A stretch of DNA of 64,000 nucleotides from Candidatus Harrisonbacteria bacterium. Lineage in GTDB: Bacteria; Patescibacteriota; Minisyncoccia; UBA6257; 1-14-0-10-40-38. The stretch covers positions 131,517-195,516 of the forward strand of contig JAHFLD010000002.1 in assembly GCA_023245035.1 (NCBI GenBank), in the 5' to 3' direction. A program made the translations under genes and the position numbers. The notes under the pieces were generated by a model, which was not told the origin of the DNA, searched no databases, and saw only the letters and a list, made by a program, of their open reading frames with translations. Positions 63,152-64,000 of this stretch are shown piece by piece; the first letter of the stretch is position 1, and the number at the start of each line of letters is the position of its first letter.

Positions 63152-63547
63152 ATGGAATCACCGTCCGAAAAACACGCGGCGTTGGAGCGTGATATTCAAG
63201 ATTTGAAGATTGAAATTCACGGGCGAAGCGCCGAGGGCAAGCCCGAGCGCGAGGTTCTGCGTCAAATTGTGGGTGAGCGCTTGAGTCCGCTGCCGCCATT
63301 GTCCAATCAATCAAGCAATAAAACTTCGACCGCTTCCCAAAAATCCGTCTTGCCATCCTACTTGGCTTCGGAGGATCCAATGACGCGACTTAAAGTAGAG
63401 GAGTTGGTTGACTTGGCTTTACATAAGGGGCTAGCCGAAGCGGTTAAACAGGCAAAGAAATCGGCGCCACTCGTACTGGACGGCTTTCATGACGCCATCA
63501 CCGATACGCTTTATGAGGAGTTCAAAAAGCGAGGGCTTTTGAAATAA
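63152..63547 (+). CDS. hypothetical protein
   Basis: 131-aa ORF, charged and helical. Confidence 0.35.
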   Translation: MESPSEKHAALERDIQDLKIEIHGRSAEGKPEREVLRQIVGERLSPLPPLSNQSSNKTSTASQKSVLPSYLASEDPMTRLKVEELVDLALHKGLAEAVKQAKKSAPLVLDGFHDAITDTLYEEFKKRGLLK

Positions 63548-64000
63548 ATGCTACAGATTCTTGTCTATTCCGGTTTGGTGGTCCTGGCACTTTTCGGCGG
63601 TGGTTATTTTTTCTTAAACTCATGGCGGAGGAAAAATTTAGCTGAGGATCTTAATCTGCGTCTGCTTTTGGTGCGTTTACCGAGAGATCCGGCGGAGGGG
63701 AGCGGGGCAAAGGATCCACTTCGTGAAATCGCGATTTCCGGTCAGTTTTTTAACGCGTTATTGGGAATGAAGAAGCGTTTCGTGCTGGAACTAGCGGTGC
63801 ATAACATCGGTGAGGAGATTAAGTTTTATTGCGCCGTGCCGGCCAACAATGAGGAGGCGGTGGCAAAATATATTCGAGCGCTCTGGCCGGGAGCTCAAGT
63901 TAATCATGCCGACGATTACACTGTGTTTGGCGGTGCTGGTTCGATTAAGACGGCAACACTCACGCAAAAAGAGCATTTTGCTCTGCCACTCAAGACTTAC
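63548..64000 (+). CDS. hypothetical membrane protein, partial (runs off the window end)
   Basis: ATG at 63548. MLQILVYSGLVVLALFGGGYFFL is a TM helix. The frame stays open to position 64000. Confidence 0.35.
   Translation, partial: MLQILVYSGLVVLALFGGGYFFLNSWRRKNLAEDLNLRLLLVRLPRDPAEGSGAKDPLREIAISGQFFNALLGMKKRFVLELAVHNIGEEIKFYCAVPANNEEAVAKYIRALWPGAQVNHADDYTVFGGAGSIKTATLTQKEHFALPLKTY

Overview
The 64-kb window looks like a chromosomal segment of a small-genome bacterium. The gene content resembles Patescibacteria/CPR, but that placement is inferred, not shown. The core is compact housekeeping genes, mostly short, with many overlapping or closely spaced boundaries: tag, tsaC, nadK, typA, aspS (short archaeal-type), ndk, lepA, valS, prfB, ftsE/ftsX, a DEAD-box helicase, fmt-def, thpR, ctpA, rplI, rpmA, rnhA, an NrnA-like DHH phosphoesterase, pgk and ychF. 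There are four tRNAs (Gln-TTG, Gly-CCC, Thr-CGT, Gln-CTG), RNase P RNA, and one strong but unclassified ncRNA candidate with a consensus promoter and intrinsic terminator. The lifestyle-related genes include a type IV pilus/competence-like cluster (PilB, PilC, several prepilin-type proteins) and a TfoX-N protein. The same group holds a 1804-aa secreted protein with many Fn3 repeats and a C-terminal peptidoglycan-binding domain, and a DsbB-like / NYN-LOTUS / CPHC-thioredoxin trio. The accessory content is the most unusual part. An AT-rich island at about 37.6-42.5 kb carries a large restriction-endonuclease-like gene, two Dam-family m6A methyltransferases (one fused to a RadC-N HhH domain) and a small-protein/3-TM-protein pair. 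It abuts tRNA-Gln(CTG), which is followed by two degenerate duplications of its 3' half, 33-bp direct repeats and a GIY-YIG gene that reads into the tRNA. A second small AT-rich islet follows tRNA-Gln(TTG). The intergenic space is crowded with at least four repeat families: (i) roughly 170-230-nt hairpin elements that start at or within 10 nt of stop codons, (ii) a ~110-nt structured leader attached to small GIY-YIG genes, with several decayed 'ATGCGCCAAAT...' remnants scattered upstream of other genes, (iii) GC palindromes such as GCCCGCCCGA...TCGGGCGGGC, and (iv) tRNA-half repeats. A paralogous family of GC-rich hypothetical genes is also present, each with its own intrinsic terminator.
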